Source of the DNA: an uncultured Acidobacteriota bacterium
GTDB lineage: Bacteria; Acidobacteriota; UBA6911
Length of the DNA: 64,000 bases
NCBI GenBank assembly: GCA_963809485.1
Contig: CAWEJX010000008.1
Location: 320,001 to 384,000 of the forward strand
Direction: 5' to 3'
The notes under the pieces are model-generated. The model worked only from the letters and a program-made list of their open reading frames with translations, searched no databases and had not been told where the DNA came from. Positions 10,182 to 19,832 of this stretch are shown here, one piece after another. The position numbers were made by a program, and so were the translations under genes. The number at the start of each line of letters is the position of its first letter. Position 1 is the stretch's first letter.

Positions 10182-11504
10182 TCAAATTCCCGAAACAACC
10201 ACGTCTCTGAAAACCAGGCTCGGGACTCTCGAAGCAGAATACGGATACGGATCATCGGCCGCCTCGATGAAGCGCGTCCAGAGCTTCAGGTGATTGTCGG
10301 CAATATTCATTTCCGCCACCGCCTGGACCGGGATGCCATTCTCGAACAGCTGTCCCACAATCCCCACCGACATGTCCCCTGTGGTCGAGTTCGAATTGCC
10401 CCCAATGAATCCCGTAATCAGGATGCCGCGGCCAAGATCTTTCATGATTTCCGAGACGGAGCGTTTCCCCGGCGGAACGATAAGATTGGATGAACCTCCG
10501 GTGGTTGGCTCCCAACCCAACTTACGGCTGTAATACCAGTCGACATAAAATTCCTTTAAAACCCCTGCATCAATCATGACCCTCTTTCTGGCGGCAAAAC
10601 CATCCCCATCGAAAGGTTTGCTTGCCAACCCTCTTTTAAGCAGGGGATCGTCCATCAGGGTCAGGAGGTCGCTCGCGATCTTCTGGCCCTTTTTTTCCGC
10701 AAGGAAAGACTGCTTCTGCTGGATGGCCCGGCCGGACATGGCGTCGATCAATCCACCTCCAATGCGTTCGACGACCCGGTTTTCAATGATGATCGGAAGC
10801 GTCTCGGTCTTTACTTTTTTCCCGCCGAGAAGGGCTAGAGTTCTGCGGGCGGCTTCCTCGCCAATTGCCTCCGGTTTTACCATGTCTTTCCGGTGCAGAG
10901 CCACTGCCGTGCCATATTCCGCAGGCCGTCGATCTCCCTGGTCTTTGGCCGTCATGGAAGCGCTGCCGACGAAATAGGTGGCTTCGGAATATCCGTCAAA
11001 GCCGTTGCTGGCCATGAGCAGCGATTCGTTGTGGCCGTCGGTAGTTTCGGCTGTGACCGATATCACCTTATCTCCGCCTTTGGCCAGGCAGGAATCCTCG
11101 ATCGCCTTGACGAACGCGTGCCGGGACTCCGGGTTCCAGGCGCCGTACTCGGGATCGACCATCTCGAGATCCAGATTCTGGCGGCCCTGATAATATTTCG
11201 GATCAGGAAGGGTCCGGAATGGATCTTCGGCCAGGAGCCTGGTTTGAGCCACGGCACGGCGGATGAACTCCTTCAGCGCCGGCTTCCTCAAATCCGACGT
11301 GGACATGCTTGAATAGCGGCCGCTGACGAATACCTCCAAAGACAGTGATTTCGTCGACGCCTCCTTGATGTTCTCCGGTTTGCGCTCCCGGTAGCCGATC
11401 TCGACAGTGCGCGCCGAGTTGATGTTAATCCGGCAGCCGGCTGCGCCGGCGCCCTTTGCCGTGTCAATTCCCCATGCAGCAAGATCATAAAGCTCTTTTT
11501 TCAT
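10182..11504 (-). CDS. pmbA: TldD/PmbA family protein, PmbA (TldE) subunit
   Basis: SFLAEKKGQKIAS, DDPL, PFDGDG, NSTTGDMS; no HExxxH; directly downstream of tldD. Confidence 0.85.
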   Translation of the reverse strand: MKKELYDLAAWGIDTAKGAGAAGCRININSARTVEIGYRERKPENIKEASTKSLSLEVFVSGRYSSMSTSDLRKPALKEFIRRAVAQTRLLAEDPFRTLPDPKYYQGRQNLDLEMVDPEYGAWNPESRHAFVKAIEDSCLAKGGDKVISVTAETTDGHNESLLMASNGFDGYSEATYFVGSASMTAKDQGDRRPAEYGTAVALHRKDMVKPEAIGEEAARRTLALLGGKKVKTETLPIIIENRVVERIGGGLIDAMSGRAIQQKQSFLAEKKGQKIASDLLTLMDDPLLKRGLASKPFDGDGFAARKRVMIDAGVLKEFYVDWYYSRKLGWEPTTGGSSNLIVPPGKRSVSEIMKDLGRGILITGFIGGNSNSTTGDMSVGIVGQLFENGIPVQAVAEMNIADNHLKLWTRFIEAADDPYPYSASRVPSLVFRDVVVSGI

Positions 11505-11520
11505 ACTCCGTCTCCTTCTC

Positions 11521-13053
11521 TCAGCTCCGGGTTCCGCCCACAGTTAATGATTTGACCAGAACGGTAGGCTGGCCGAATCCAACAGGCGCGGTCTGGCCGT
11601 TCTTGCCGCATGAGCCTCCCCCACCCTGATAGAATTGGAAGTCGTTTGCGAGCATGATCATGTTCGCCAGCATCTTGGGCCCATTTCCCATGATGTTCAC
11701 ATCCTTGATCGGAGCCCCCAGCTTGCCACCCTCGATCATTCTCCCCTGAGAAACGAAAAAGGCGAAGTCGCCCTCGCCGATCTTGACCTGCCCATTGCTG
11801 ACATCCTGGACATAGATGCCGTTTCCTGCAGCCTTAATGACGTCTTCCGGGGTCGCGGGCCCTGCCGGCATGTATGTGTTCCTCATGCGCGGCATCGGAT
11901 AATTCTGGTAGTCCTGACGGCGGCCGTTTCCCGTGGGCTGGACTCCATAGAATTTGGCGGAAATTCTGTCATGGAGATAGCTGGTTAAAATACCGTTTTC
12001 GACAAGAACCGTCTTCTGCCCGGGTATGCCCTCATCGTCGACGTTGATCGAGCCGGTCAAATTGGGATTGGTTCCGTCGTCGATGATCGTTACAAACGGT
12101 TCGGCGACTTTCTTACCCACCATCGTGCTGTAGGTCGAAATTTTCTTTCGGTTGAAGTCCGCTTCCATGCCGTGCCCGATTGCCTCGTGCAGGAGGATTC
12201 CGGTAAGGCCGGGGCCCAGCACGACGGGCATCTCGCCAGCCGGCGGCTGAACGGCATCAAACAAGGTAAGGGTGCGGTTGACGGCAATCCGGGCGGTATC
12301 TTCAACAATAGCCGGGGTGAAATAGTCGAAATTCTTTCGCCCGCCGTAATTCCAGCCGGATCGTTCACGGCGGCCATTCTTCTCGGCTACAACGTTTGCA
12401 TTCAAAAAGATCCTTGGCTGCAGGTCCTCCGCCTTCGTGCCGTCGCTGGTAACTACCATGATGCGCTTCTGCTGATCCAGGTAAGCAGCGTTGACTTTAA
12501 TGACAAGCGGAGAAAGATCAAAACATCGGTCGTTAACGGATTGCACAATGTTGAGTTTCGGTTCGAGCGGGATATCACTGAACAGTGTTTTTAAAGGATA
12601 ATGATCCTCTATTTTGAGCCGCGTAAAACTCTGGGGCGCAATTTTTGTTGCGCCTGCGGCAATCGTTGCCGCAGTGTCCGCTGCCGCCGCCATGGATTTT
12701 TCTTCCAGCTCCTGCGTGAAACCATAGCCGACCTGGTCGCCTTTGATGGTGCGGATCCCAATGCCCAAAGCCACGTTGCTGAAGGCCTGGTTGACCTTGC
12801 CGTCCTCGAGGATCAGATAATTGCTGATCGTGTGCTCGAAATACAGGTCTGCGTAATCGCCCCCCTTGGCCAAAGCTTTGGCAAGAACCCTGCGGCAGAC
12901 TGCGTCCGTTACGGCAAACTCGCGCTCGAAATAGCCCGAGGCTTCCGCTCCGGCCAGAGCGAACCAGGTGTTGTTGAAAACAGGAGCCGCAATTGAGATA
13001 GTGGCAGTCGCTGCCCCTGCCTTCAGGAAAGATCGCCGGTTAATGATTTTCAT
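11521..13053 (-). CDS. tldD: TldD metalloprotease with twin-arginine signal peptide
   Basis: ILLHEAIGHGMEAD, DDEG, TGNGRR, PRMRNT, CGKNGQ; N-terminal NRRSFLK; RBS GGGAGG before ATG 13053. Confidence 0.9.
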   Translation of the reverse strand: MKIINRRSFLKAGAATATISIAAPVFNNTWFALAGAEASGYFEREFAVTDAVCRRVLAKALAKGGDYADLYFEHTISNYLILEDGKVNQAFSNVALGIGIRTIKGDQVGYGFTQELEEKSMAAAADTAATIAAGATKIAPQSFTRLKIEDHYPLKTLFSDIPLEPKLNIVQSVNDRCFDLSPLVIKVNAAYLDQQKRIMVVTSDGTKAEDLQPRIFLNANVVAEKNGRRERSGWNYGGRKNFDYFTPAIVEDTARIAVNRTLTLFDAVQPPAGEMPVVLGPGLTGILLHEAIGHGMEADFNRKKISTYSTMVGKKVAEPFVTIIDDGTNPNLTGSINVDDEGIPGQKTVLVENGILTSYLHDRISAKFYGVQPTGNGRRQDYQNYPMPRMRNTYMPAGPATPEDVIKAAGNGIYVQDVSNGQVKIGEGDFAFFVSQGRMIEGGKLGAPIKDVNIMGNGPKMLANMIMLANDFQFYQGGGGSCGKNGQTAPVGFGQPTVLVKSLTVGGTRS

Positions 13054-13177
13054 GAATCCCTCCCAAGATTCGATAGAAATAGGCTTCGGCATATATAAGT
13101 CCAGGCGGAAAAAATATACATTTCTTTAGCGCTATATACGCAAGACAAACGAAAAACGTTCACCGAAAGATCAATAA

Positions 13178-13219
13178 AAACGCTGACATACGCCGACAAG
13201 AGCGCTGATGAACGCTGAC
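13178..13219. repeat. Fragment of the CGCTGA-rich internal repeat of the IS200-end elements
   Basis: AAACGCTGACATACGCCGACAAGAGCGCTGATGAACGCTGAC resembles 7526-7570 and 62128-62170. Confidence 0.5.
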
Positions 13220-13359
13220 CCCAAGTACAACTGCAGCAAGCATCACCCCAGCGGGCGGATCCGTTACTGCCTTGCGCCATTGAACCTGTTGTGGCAGGAT
13301 GCTGCCCAACATAGAAACAATATTTATTTCTATCCCATAGTGGAATTTGGGGAACGCTT

Positions 13360-15243
13360 ATGCGATTGATGATGATCCACGCCGATCGGTTTTCCTATAA
13401 GGTGACCGACAAGACCAGCGTAGCCGGTTTTGCCGACGAGCTTTCTCCGGGCGAGGAGCAGGATCACGTTGAGGAAGTGCTCGTTGCCTTCCTTGCCGTG
13501 GAAAATGGGGACGAAGCCGGTGCGCAGGAAGCTGCCCGGAAGGCGGCCGGTCAAATCCGTGCCACGGCCGGGAAGGTGAATGCCACCCGCGTTATGGTTT
13601 ACCCCTATGCGCACCTCTCCAGCGATCTGGCAAAACCTCGAATTGCCACGCGCATCATTGACCAGGTCGTGGAGTTGCTGCGCGCGGGACCGGACCTGGA
13701 AATCCATCGGGCACCCTTCGGATATTACAAAGCCTTCGAAATCAGCTGCAAGGGACACCCGCTCTCCGAGCTGGCGATGACACTGGTTCCAGGCGATGGA
13801 GACGGCAAAGCGTCGCGGAAAGAAGACGCGGCGGAATCAAAAGCTCTGGCCGCTGAAAAAACCCTGCGCTCCGAGTGGCGCGTCTATCATCCGGACGGTT
13901 CCTTTGTTTCTGCGGACAGGTTTAATTTTGATGCACATCAGGGATTGAAAGACCTCTTTCTGTACGAGCGCGAAGGAACGCGCCAGGCCGAAGAAGCGCC
14001 GCCCCACATCAGGCTGATGCGAGAGCAGGAGCTCGTCGACTATGAACCGGCTTCCGATTCGGGCAACCTGCGCTGGTATCCCAAGGGTCTTCTCGTAAAG
14101 CGGCTCCTGGAACTGCACGTCACGCGCATGGCCGTGGACTATGGCGCCATGCAGGTTGAGACGCCCATCATGTACGATTATGGGCATCCTGCGCTTTCAA
14201 AATACCTGCACCGCTTCCCTGCCCGTCAATATGTGGTCAAAAGCGACGAAAAGGAGTTTTTCCTTCGCTTCGCAGCCTGCTTCGGCCAGTACATGATCCA
14301 GCACGATATGGTCACTTCATATCGCCATCTTCCCGTGCGCCTTTACGAGCTCACCCATTTCTCCTTCAGGCGCGAACAAAGCGGCGAAGTGGCCGGACTC
14401 CGGCGCCTGCGCGCCTTCACCATGCCCGATATGCATACGCTTGTCCGGGACATGAAGATGGCAAAGGAAGAGTTTGTGCGCCAGGTTTCGCTTTGCCTGC
14501 GTTGGCTGGACGACCTCGGCCTCGAATGCGTTCCGGCCATCCGCTTCGTGCGTTCATTCCTGGACGAGAATCCCGGGTTCGTAGAGGAATTGATGAGAAT
14601 CCTCGACCGTCCGGCTCTGGTTGAGGTCTGGGACCAGCGCTTTTTCTATTTCGTCGCCAAGTTTGAGATGAACTTTGTCGATATGGCCAAAAAGGCCGCA
14701 TGCCTCTCCACCGTGCAAATCGACGTGGAAAATTCCGAACGGTTCAATATCAATTACATAGAAGAGGATGGCACGAAGCATCACCCCCTGCTCATGCACG
14801 CATCCCTCTCGGGATCGGTGGACCGGAATCTGTTTGCCATTTTGGAAAACCAGGCGATGCGCATGGAGCAGGGCCAAAAAGCCTTTTACCCGATCTGGCT
14901 TGCGCCGATTCAGGTACGCCTGCTGCCGGTCTCGCAGGCGCATATTGAGGGAGCGCTGCGGCTGGCGGGCCGGATCCCCTACCGGGTCGACCTAGACGAT
15001 CGCGACCTGAAGGTTGGCAAGAAAATTCGTGAAATGGAAAAGGAGTGGATCCCCTACGGGCTGGTGATAGGCGAGAAGGAGCTTTCGGGCGGTACTCTTA
15101 CGGTACGCCCCCGGTTCGGAGAGCAACTGGAAATGACGCTCGACAGCTTCCTCGAGAGACTCGCCGCAGAGACGGCCGGAAAACCAGCGCTTCCGGCCAA
15201 CACTCCGCTCCTCCTGTCGCGGCGTCCGGTCTTTGTGGGATAG
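13360..15243 (+). CDS. thrS: Threonine--tRNA ligase, archaeal type
   Basis: N-terminal archaeal editing domain (IHADRFSY, VYPYAHLSSDLA, RAPFGYYKAFEISCKGHPLSEL); LRFAACFGQ, RLRAFTMPDMH, STVQIDVEN; anticodon domain WLAPIQVR. Confidence 0.92.
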   Translation: MRLMMIHADRFSYKVTDKTSVAGFADELSPGEEQDHVEEVLVAFLAVENGDEAGAQEAARKAAGQIRATAGKVNATRVMVYPYAHLSSDLAKPRIATRIIDQVVELLRAGPDLEIHRAPFGYYKAFEISCKGHPLSELAMTLVPGDGDGKASRKEDAAESKALAAEKTLRSEWRVYHPDGSFVSADRFNFDAHQGLKDLFLYEREGTRQAEEAPPHIRLMREQELVDYEPASDSGNLRWYPKGLLVKRLLELHVTRMAVDYGAMQVETPIMYDYGHPALSKYLHRFPARQYVVKSDEKEFFLRFAACFGQYMIQHDMVTSYRHLPVRLYELTHFSFRREQSGEVAGLRRLRAFTMPDMHTLVRDMKMAKEEFVRQVSLCLRWLDDLGLECVPAIRFVRSFLDENPGFVEELMRILDRPALVEVWDQRFFYFVAKFEMNFVDMAKKAACLSTVQIDVENSERFNINYIEEDGTKHHPLLMHASLSGSVDRNLFAILENQAMRMEQGQKAFYPIWLAPIQVRLLPVSQAHIEGALRLAGRIPYRVDLDDRDLKVGKKIREMEKEWIPYGLVIGEKELSGGTLTVRPRFGEQLEMTLDSFLERLAAETAGKPALPANTPLLLSRRPVFVG

Positions 15244-15353
15244 GTGATCTACCGAATAGACGTTCGTCACGATCGGGCTTGATTCAGCCGTGCATTCTCC
15301 ATCCGCCCGGGATCTAACCTAACGGGAGATCCACCGCTTCTGCAGGTGTGAGT

Positions 15354-15450
15354 TTGAATTTTAAATGTAGAATATCGAATGTCGAACCGCAGAAGTAGGG
15401 CGCGACTTCGAAATTTATCATTCATTATTCGACATTCTGCGCTTCAAAAT
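15354..15450. repeat. Imperfect inverted repeat built from GAATRTC-like heptamers, downstream of thrS
   Basis: GAATATCGAATGTCGAA ... TTCGACATTC. Confidence 0.4.
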
Positions 15451-15527
15451 CCTTACAGAAGTTTATTGCGCGTGAAACCGGTTATATGTTTTATCGGTTG
15501 CGATCAAGCCTCTTTGAGGGGCCGGCA

Positions 15528-15922
15528 GTCAGGTACCTCCGGCAAAGCCGGAGGCTTGAAAGATTTGAACCGCTCAAAGCGGTTGGAGGAGTTGCGCCGG
15601 TCTTGAACGCTGACTTACGCGGGCAAAAGCCGATGAGGCGCTTCCGATCCCCGCAGGGGCCAGCGCTCCGCGCTGGACAGTTTTCTGCGGCGGCACTGTG
15701 GCAAGCGCCGTGCGGCAAGCAGATGAAGGGTATGAGAAACCGGGCGTTTGCCACAGTGCCGCCGCAGAAAACTCCATCGGAAGCGCCTCATCGGCTTTTG
15801 CTCGCCGACCCTCGCCGAACAAATCGGCGTTTGTCAGCGCTTTTATCAGCGTTTCTCAGCGTTTCAAAATACGGAGCTGTCAAACTCTTTGAGTCCCCCG
15901 GCAGAGCCGGGGGTTTACCAAT
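15528..15922 (-). mobile_element. IS200-end element, copy C (395 bp, nested inverted repeats)
   Basis: Both terminal hairpins; 26-bp perfect IRs at 15623-15648/15776-15801 and 15679-15704/15748-15773. Confidence 0.8.
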
Positions 15923-16111
15923 GTAATTACGCCTACGGCTCTGCCGGATGATACCTGCTCAGTGTTTTTTCAGCGCAGGCCGGCGTTATGGATCCCGAAG
16001 CCGTCAAATCCAGCAAGCCTCACCGCAGATCTTTGAATTGCCCATGCATTCATAATTGTGTGCGGTCGTCGCTGCATATGTCGCGAACCAGGGTGCCGCT
16101 GTGAAAAATCC

Positions 16112-16140
16112 CCTTACGCTATCCTTACGGTTTCCTCACG
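16112..16140. promoter_or_regulatory. Three direct repeats with 11-bp period (putative OmpR/PhoB-family site)
   Basis: CCTTACG-ctat-CCTTACG-gttt-CCTCACG, about 160 bp upstream of the TonB receptor start. Confidence 0.45.
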
Positions 16141-16302
16141 GCAAGCTCAACCGAATTAGGCGATAAATCAATACAAATGTCCGAAAAGCCCTTTCACCAG
16201 ATTGGTTAGGTTGTTTTACGTAATACGGGGCTACGAATGATGCACAAGGCCCATTTGGGTCAGGGCTTGGAGGACAGAACCTGGCGAAACCTTAGGAGGA
16301 CT

Positions 16303-19300
16303 ATGCATTCGAGAAAATATGTCGGACTGGTTTTTTGCCTGATCGCCGCAACAGTATTCATTGCGGGAACCTGTCAGCCGTTGGCCGGCCAGACGACAGG
16401 CGGCACCCTGCGTGGGGTGGTCAAAGACGGCACGGGCGGAGTGATCCCCGATGCAATCGTCACGGCAACGAATGAGGCAACGGGGGCAAAGTTCGAAACG
16501 GCTGCAAGCAGCGCCGGACTCTTTTCTTTCACCAACCTGCTGGTCGGCAATTATTCTGTTTCAGTGGAGCATACGGGATTTAAGAGTTTTGTTCGAAAGA
16601 ACGTCCCCGTGTCCGCCAACCAGATCACCGATTCCGATGCCATACTGGAGGTCGGAGCGGTGACCACAATCGTCGAAGTGGAAGGAGGAGCGGAAATGGT
16701 GTCCACTTCGACTTCCCAATTGGGAGCTACCCTCGAGGAGAGAGCCGTTTTGGATCTCCCCAATTCTGTTCTTGGCGGAAGCCCTCTGAATCTCGCGATC
16801 CTGCTTCCGAACACGACCACGCAGGCAGGCGGCGTTTCGGGAGAAGGCGGCTCGATCGGCGGCAACCGGCCGCGCAACAACAATTTCACCATTGACGGCG
16901 TTGACAACAACGACGTCTCCATAACCGGCTCTCTGCAGCCTGTGATCCAGGACGCCGTGGCCGAATTCAACCTGATCAGCAACCAGTTCAGCGCCGAATA
17001 CGGCCATTCCACGGCCGGGCAATTCAACATCATCACCAAGTCCGGAACCAACGACTTTCACGGGAGCGCCTTCTATTACGGCCAGAATCGCAGCCTGAAC
17101 GCCATGGACAACCTGAACAAGGCGGCCCTCGAGGCCGGCGACATCGATAAAAAGCCTCGCTTTGACTATACCCGCCTCGGCGGCACGTTCGGGGGTCCGA
17201 TCAGAAAAGACAAGCTCTTTTTTTTCGGCGCCTATGAATACCGCACACGCGGAGAGGCAGCCACGGGAGTCACAGTTCTCAGTCCCACCCAGTCCGGGAT
17301 GTCTCTTTTGAACAACCTCGCCGCAAATTCCGAGGTGAAGGATATATTGCAGCAGTTCCCGTTGGCGTCGACGGCTTCCGATTCGGTCACGGTGAGCGGC
17401 CAGGAAATTCCGGTCGGAAACGTGCAGTATTTTGCGCCCGATTACGACACACAGCACGATTTTCAGACCAACCTGGATTACAATCTCGCCCGGCACCAGC
17501 TGCGCGGAAGGTTTTTGTATGACCGATTGCGCCAGCCAAACCTGAATCCGGCGCTGCCGCTGCCACAATTTACCGGCGCCTATTACCGGGATGCCCGCAA
17601 AGTGGCCTTCACCGACATCTGGGCGATCTCTTCCAGGCTGGCGAACGATTTTCGCCTTTCCTATTCCCGCAATAACCTGGGATGGAGTATCCCCGAAGAT
17701 TTTGCCAACTTCCCCACGGTCAAAATCGACGAACTGGGCCTGAACATCGGCCCCGAGGAAAATTCGCCCCAAAGCAGCATACAGAACAGCTATCAGGCGC
17801 TCAACAACCTGAGCTATGTAGTCGGACGCCACCAGATCAAGGCCGGCATTGAATATCGCAACATAATTTCGCCCGGAGATCTCCTGCCGCGAAGCCGCGG
17901 CGAGTGGGATTACGCGGACATGAGCGAGTTCATCAATGACCTGGTCCCCAACGGCTACAATGGCGCACTGCGCGGGGCGGGATCCGGTTTTTTTGCCGGC
18001 AACCAGCAATCTCTGTACTGGTTCTTCCAGGATGACTTGAAGGCCACCCGGAATCTTACGCTCAATCTTGGAATTCGCTATGAATTCACGACCAATCCGC
18101 GCGATGCAGACCTTCAGACTCTAAACGCCATCGCAACTCTCCCGGGCGTATTCGAGTTCCGGAATCCTACCACCGACAAGAACAACTTCGGGCCGCGGTT
18201 CGGCTTTGCCTATTCACCCGATTTTGACGGTGGTTTTCTGAGAAAGCTGTTCGGCCCCCAAGGCACGTCGTCCATACGAGGCGGATTCGCTCTCGCCTAT
18301 GATGTCAATTTTCAGAACCTGGTGCTTCTGCAGCTGCCTCCGCAGGTTCAGACGGAACAAAATCCGACCATAACCTGCACCTACGCCACTCCACCCGCCT
18401 GGTGTGCCACAGGCACGGGATTCCTGGCAGGGGGCGGCTTGCTCCAGGTCAACGTCCCGCCTGTTACCCAGGAGGAAGCCCGCGCTGCGACGGGCTCCCT
18501 GATCGTGGACCAGGTGGCGCCCAAAACCTACACATGGACCTTGAGCATGCAGCGCGAGTTTGCCAAAAACTACGTCCTGGAGCTTCGCTACCTCGGCACC
18601 CGGGGCCAAAATCTGCCACTGCAGGCCCGCCTGAATGCTATTACAGTTTTTGAGCATCATCCGGAGCTTGCCCTGCCCACCTATTTTGCCGACGCGGAAG
18701 TGCCATCCCTTGTTTCACTGGCGGCACCCAGCCTCCTGGATTTCTATAGCGCTCAGGATCTGCGCTATTCCTCGGACGGGTTCTACAGCCTGGTCACGGC
18801 GTTCCCGGCCGTAGGTAATTCGATCTACCACGCCGGATCCGTTGAGATTCGCCGCCGATTTTCCCGCGGCCTTTTCATGCTTGCGAATTATACCTGGAGC
18901 CGCACCATCGATGATTCCACCAACGAGCTTTACTCGAGCCTCGTGAATCCCCGCCGCCCGCAGGACCCTTACAATCTGAGGAATGAACGAGGGCTCTCGG
19001 CTCTTGATATGCCTCACAAATTCTCGGTCTCCTGGACCTATGAACTGCCGAGATTCTTTCCCGGCAACGCTCTCGCCGGACGGTTTCTGGGCGGGTGGCA
19101 ATTCAACGGCAGCTATCTGGCTCAGAGCGGTCAGCCGGTCACGGCGCTTGCCGGCCAGGATGCAAATGGCGATTACGACGCCGCCGGAGACCGGGCCTTG
19201 CTGAATCCCAATGGCAACGGCCTTACAGGCACCCGCGTGAATTATGTACTGAGAGATCCTTCTACGGGAGCGACGTCCATCGTCACGGGGATCGACGATT

Positions 19301-19680
19301 ACGGGAGTCAGGATTCCCAGGTCGTAGGGTATGTGGCGGCCGATCCGAAAGCCCGGTTTGTGGTAGCCATGCCTGGAACGGTCGATGACGGGAGACGCGC
19401 TGGCCGGAATACCATTCGATCCCTGGGATTGAACAACTGGAATTTCTCGATTTTCAAGGCGTTCAGACTTGATGAAGCCAGGCAATTCCAGCTTCGTGCC
19501 GAGTTTTTCAATGCGCTGAACCACCGCCAATACAGCCTGGGACTGCCTTCGTACGAGCAGTCGACAGACAATGCCTTGAGCAGCACCTATGCCAACGTCT
19601 CCGCTCTTCAGTTCCTGGATGCCAGCCAGTTCAGCGGCGGCAGCCGGACGGTCCAGATGAGCCTGAAGTTCATCTTTTAG
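16303..19680 (+). CDS. TonB-dependent receptor, Oar-like, with N-terminal carboxypeptidase-regulatory-like domain
   Basis: Signal peptide, GTLRGVVKD, NNFTIDGVDNND, FSAEYG, TKSGTNDFHGS, LTLNLGIRYE, NNFGPRFGFAY, RAEFFN, C-terminal LKFIF; RBS AGGAGG before ATG 16303. Confidence 0.9.
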   Translation: MHSRKYVGLVFCLIAATVFIAGTCQPLAGQTTGGTLRGVVKDGTGGVIPDAIVTATNEATGAKFETAASSAGLFSFTNLLVGNYSVSVEHTGFKSFVRKNVPVSANQITDSDAILEVGAVTTIVEVEGGAEMVSTSTSQLGATLEERAVLDLPNSVLGGSPLNLAILLPNTTTQAGGVSGEGGSIGGNRPRNNNFTIDGVDNNDVSITGSLQPVIQDAVAEFNLISNQFSAEYGHSTAGQFNIITKSGTNDFHGSAFYYGQNRSLNAMDNLNKAALEAGDIDKKPRFDYTRLGGTFGGPIRKDKLFFFGAYEYRTRGEAATGVTVLSPTQSGMSLLNNLAANSEVKDILQQFPLASTASDSVTVSGQEIPVGNVQYFAPDYDTQHDFQTNLDYNLARHQLRGRFLYDRLRQPNLNPALPLPQFTGAYYRDARKVAFTDIWAISSRLANDFRLSYSRNNLGWSIPEDFANFPTVKIDELGLNIGPEENSPQSSIQNSYQALNNLSYVVGRHQIKAGIEYRNIISPGDLLPRSRGEWDYADMSEFINDLVPNGYNGALRGAGSGFFAGNQQSLYWFFQDDLKATRNLTLNLGIRYEFTTNPRDADLQTLNAIATLPGVFEFRNPTTDKNNFGPRFGFAYSPDFDGGFLRKLFGPQGTSSIRGGFALAYDVNFQNLVLLQLPPQVQTEQNPTITCTYATPPAWCATGTGFLAGGGLLQVNVPPVTQEEARAATGSLIVDQVAPKTYTWTLSMQREFAKNYVLELRYLGTRGQNLPLQARLNAITVFEHHPELALPTYFADAEVPSLVSLAAPSLLDFYSAQDLRYSSDGFYSLVTAFPAVGNSIYHAGSVEIRRRFSRGLFMLANYTWSRTIDDSTNELYSSLVNPRRPQDPYNLRNERGLSALDMPHKFSVSWTYELPRFFPGNALAGRFLGGWQFNGSYLAQSGQPVTALAGQDANGDYDAAGDRALLNPNGNGLTGTRVNYVLRDPSTGATSIVTGIDDYGSQDSQVVGYVAADPKARFVVAMPGTVDDGRRAGRNTIRSLGLNNWNFSIFKAFRLDEARQFQLRAEFFNALNHRQYSLGLPSYEQSTDNALSSTYANVSALQFLDASQFSGGSRTVQMSLKFIF

Positions 19681-19745
19681 CGCCAGGTCGCAAGGCTCCA
19701 CCGGTAGCCCTCCGGAAACCTTTGCAGACAAAGTGCAGGATGGAC

Positions 19746-19787
19746 AAAAAGGGGGAAGGCGGTCCTGAAGGCGCCTTCCCCCTTTTG
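19746..19787. terminator. Bidirectional terminator between the convergent TonB receptor and MFS genes
   Basis: AAAAGGGGGAAGGCG-loop-CGCCTTCCCCCTTTT. Confidence 0.75.
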
Positions 19788-19832
19788 GAAATCTCGAATA
19801 GTTTTTTCCGCAACTCAAGGACTATTGCTGTG

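Noticed and set aside
13220-13359. T-box riboswitch upstream of thrS
   Set aside because: No GGTGGNACC T-box motif or terminator/antiterminator was seen.
15486-15951. ORFs overlapping the repeat elements (also at 7421-7770, 21032-21864 and 56258-56606)
   Set aside because: They are translations of the palindromic non-coding repeat in several frames, with no RBS or protein motifs.
16561-18009. Long antisense ORFs (also 5207-6424, 18715-19818, 19956-21131, 21904-23004, 24204-25379 and 30252-31604)
   Set aside because: They are shadow frames of well-supported genes, as expected in GC-rich DNA.
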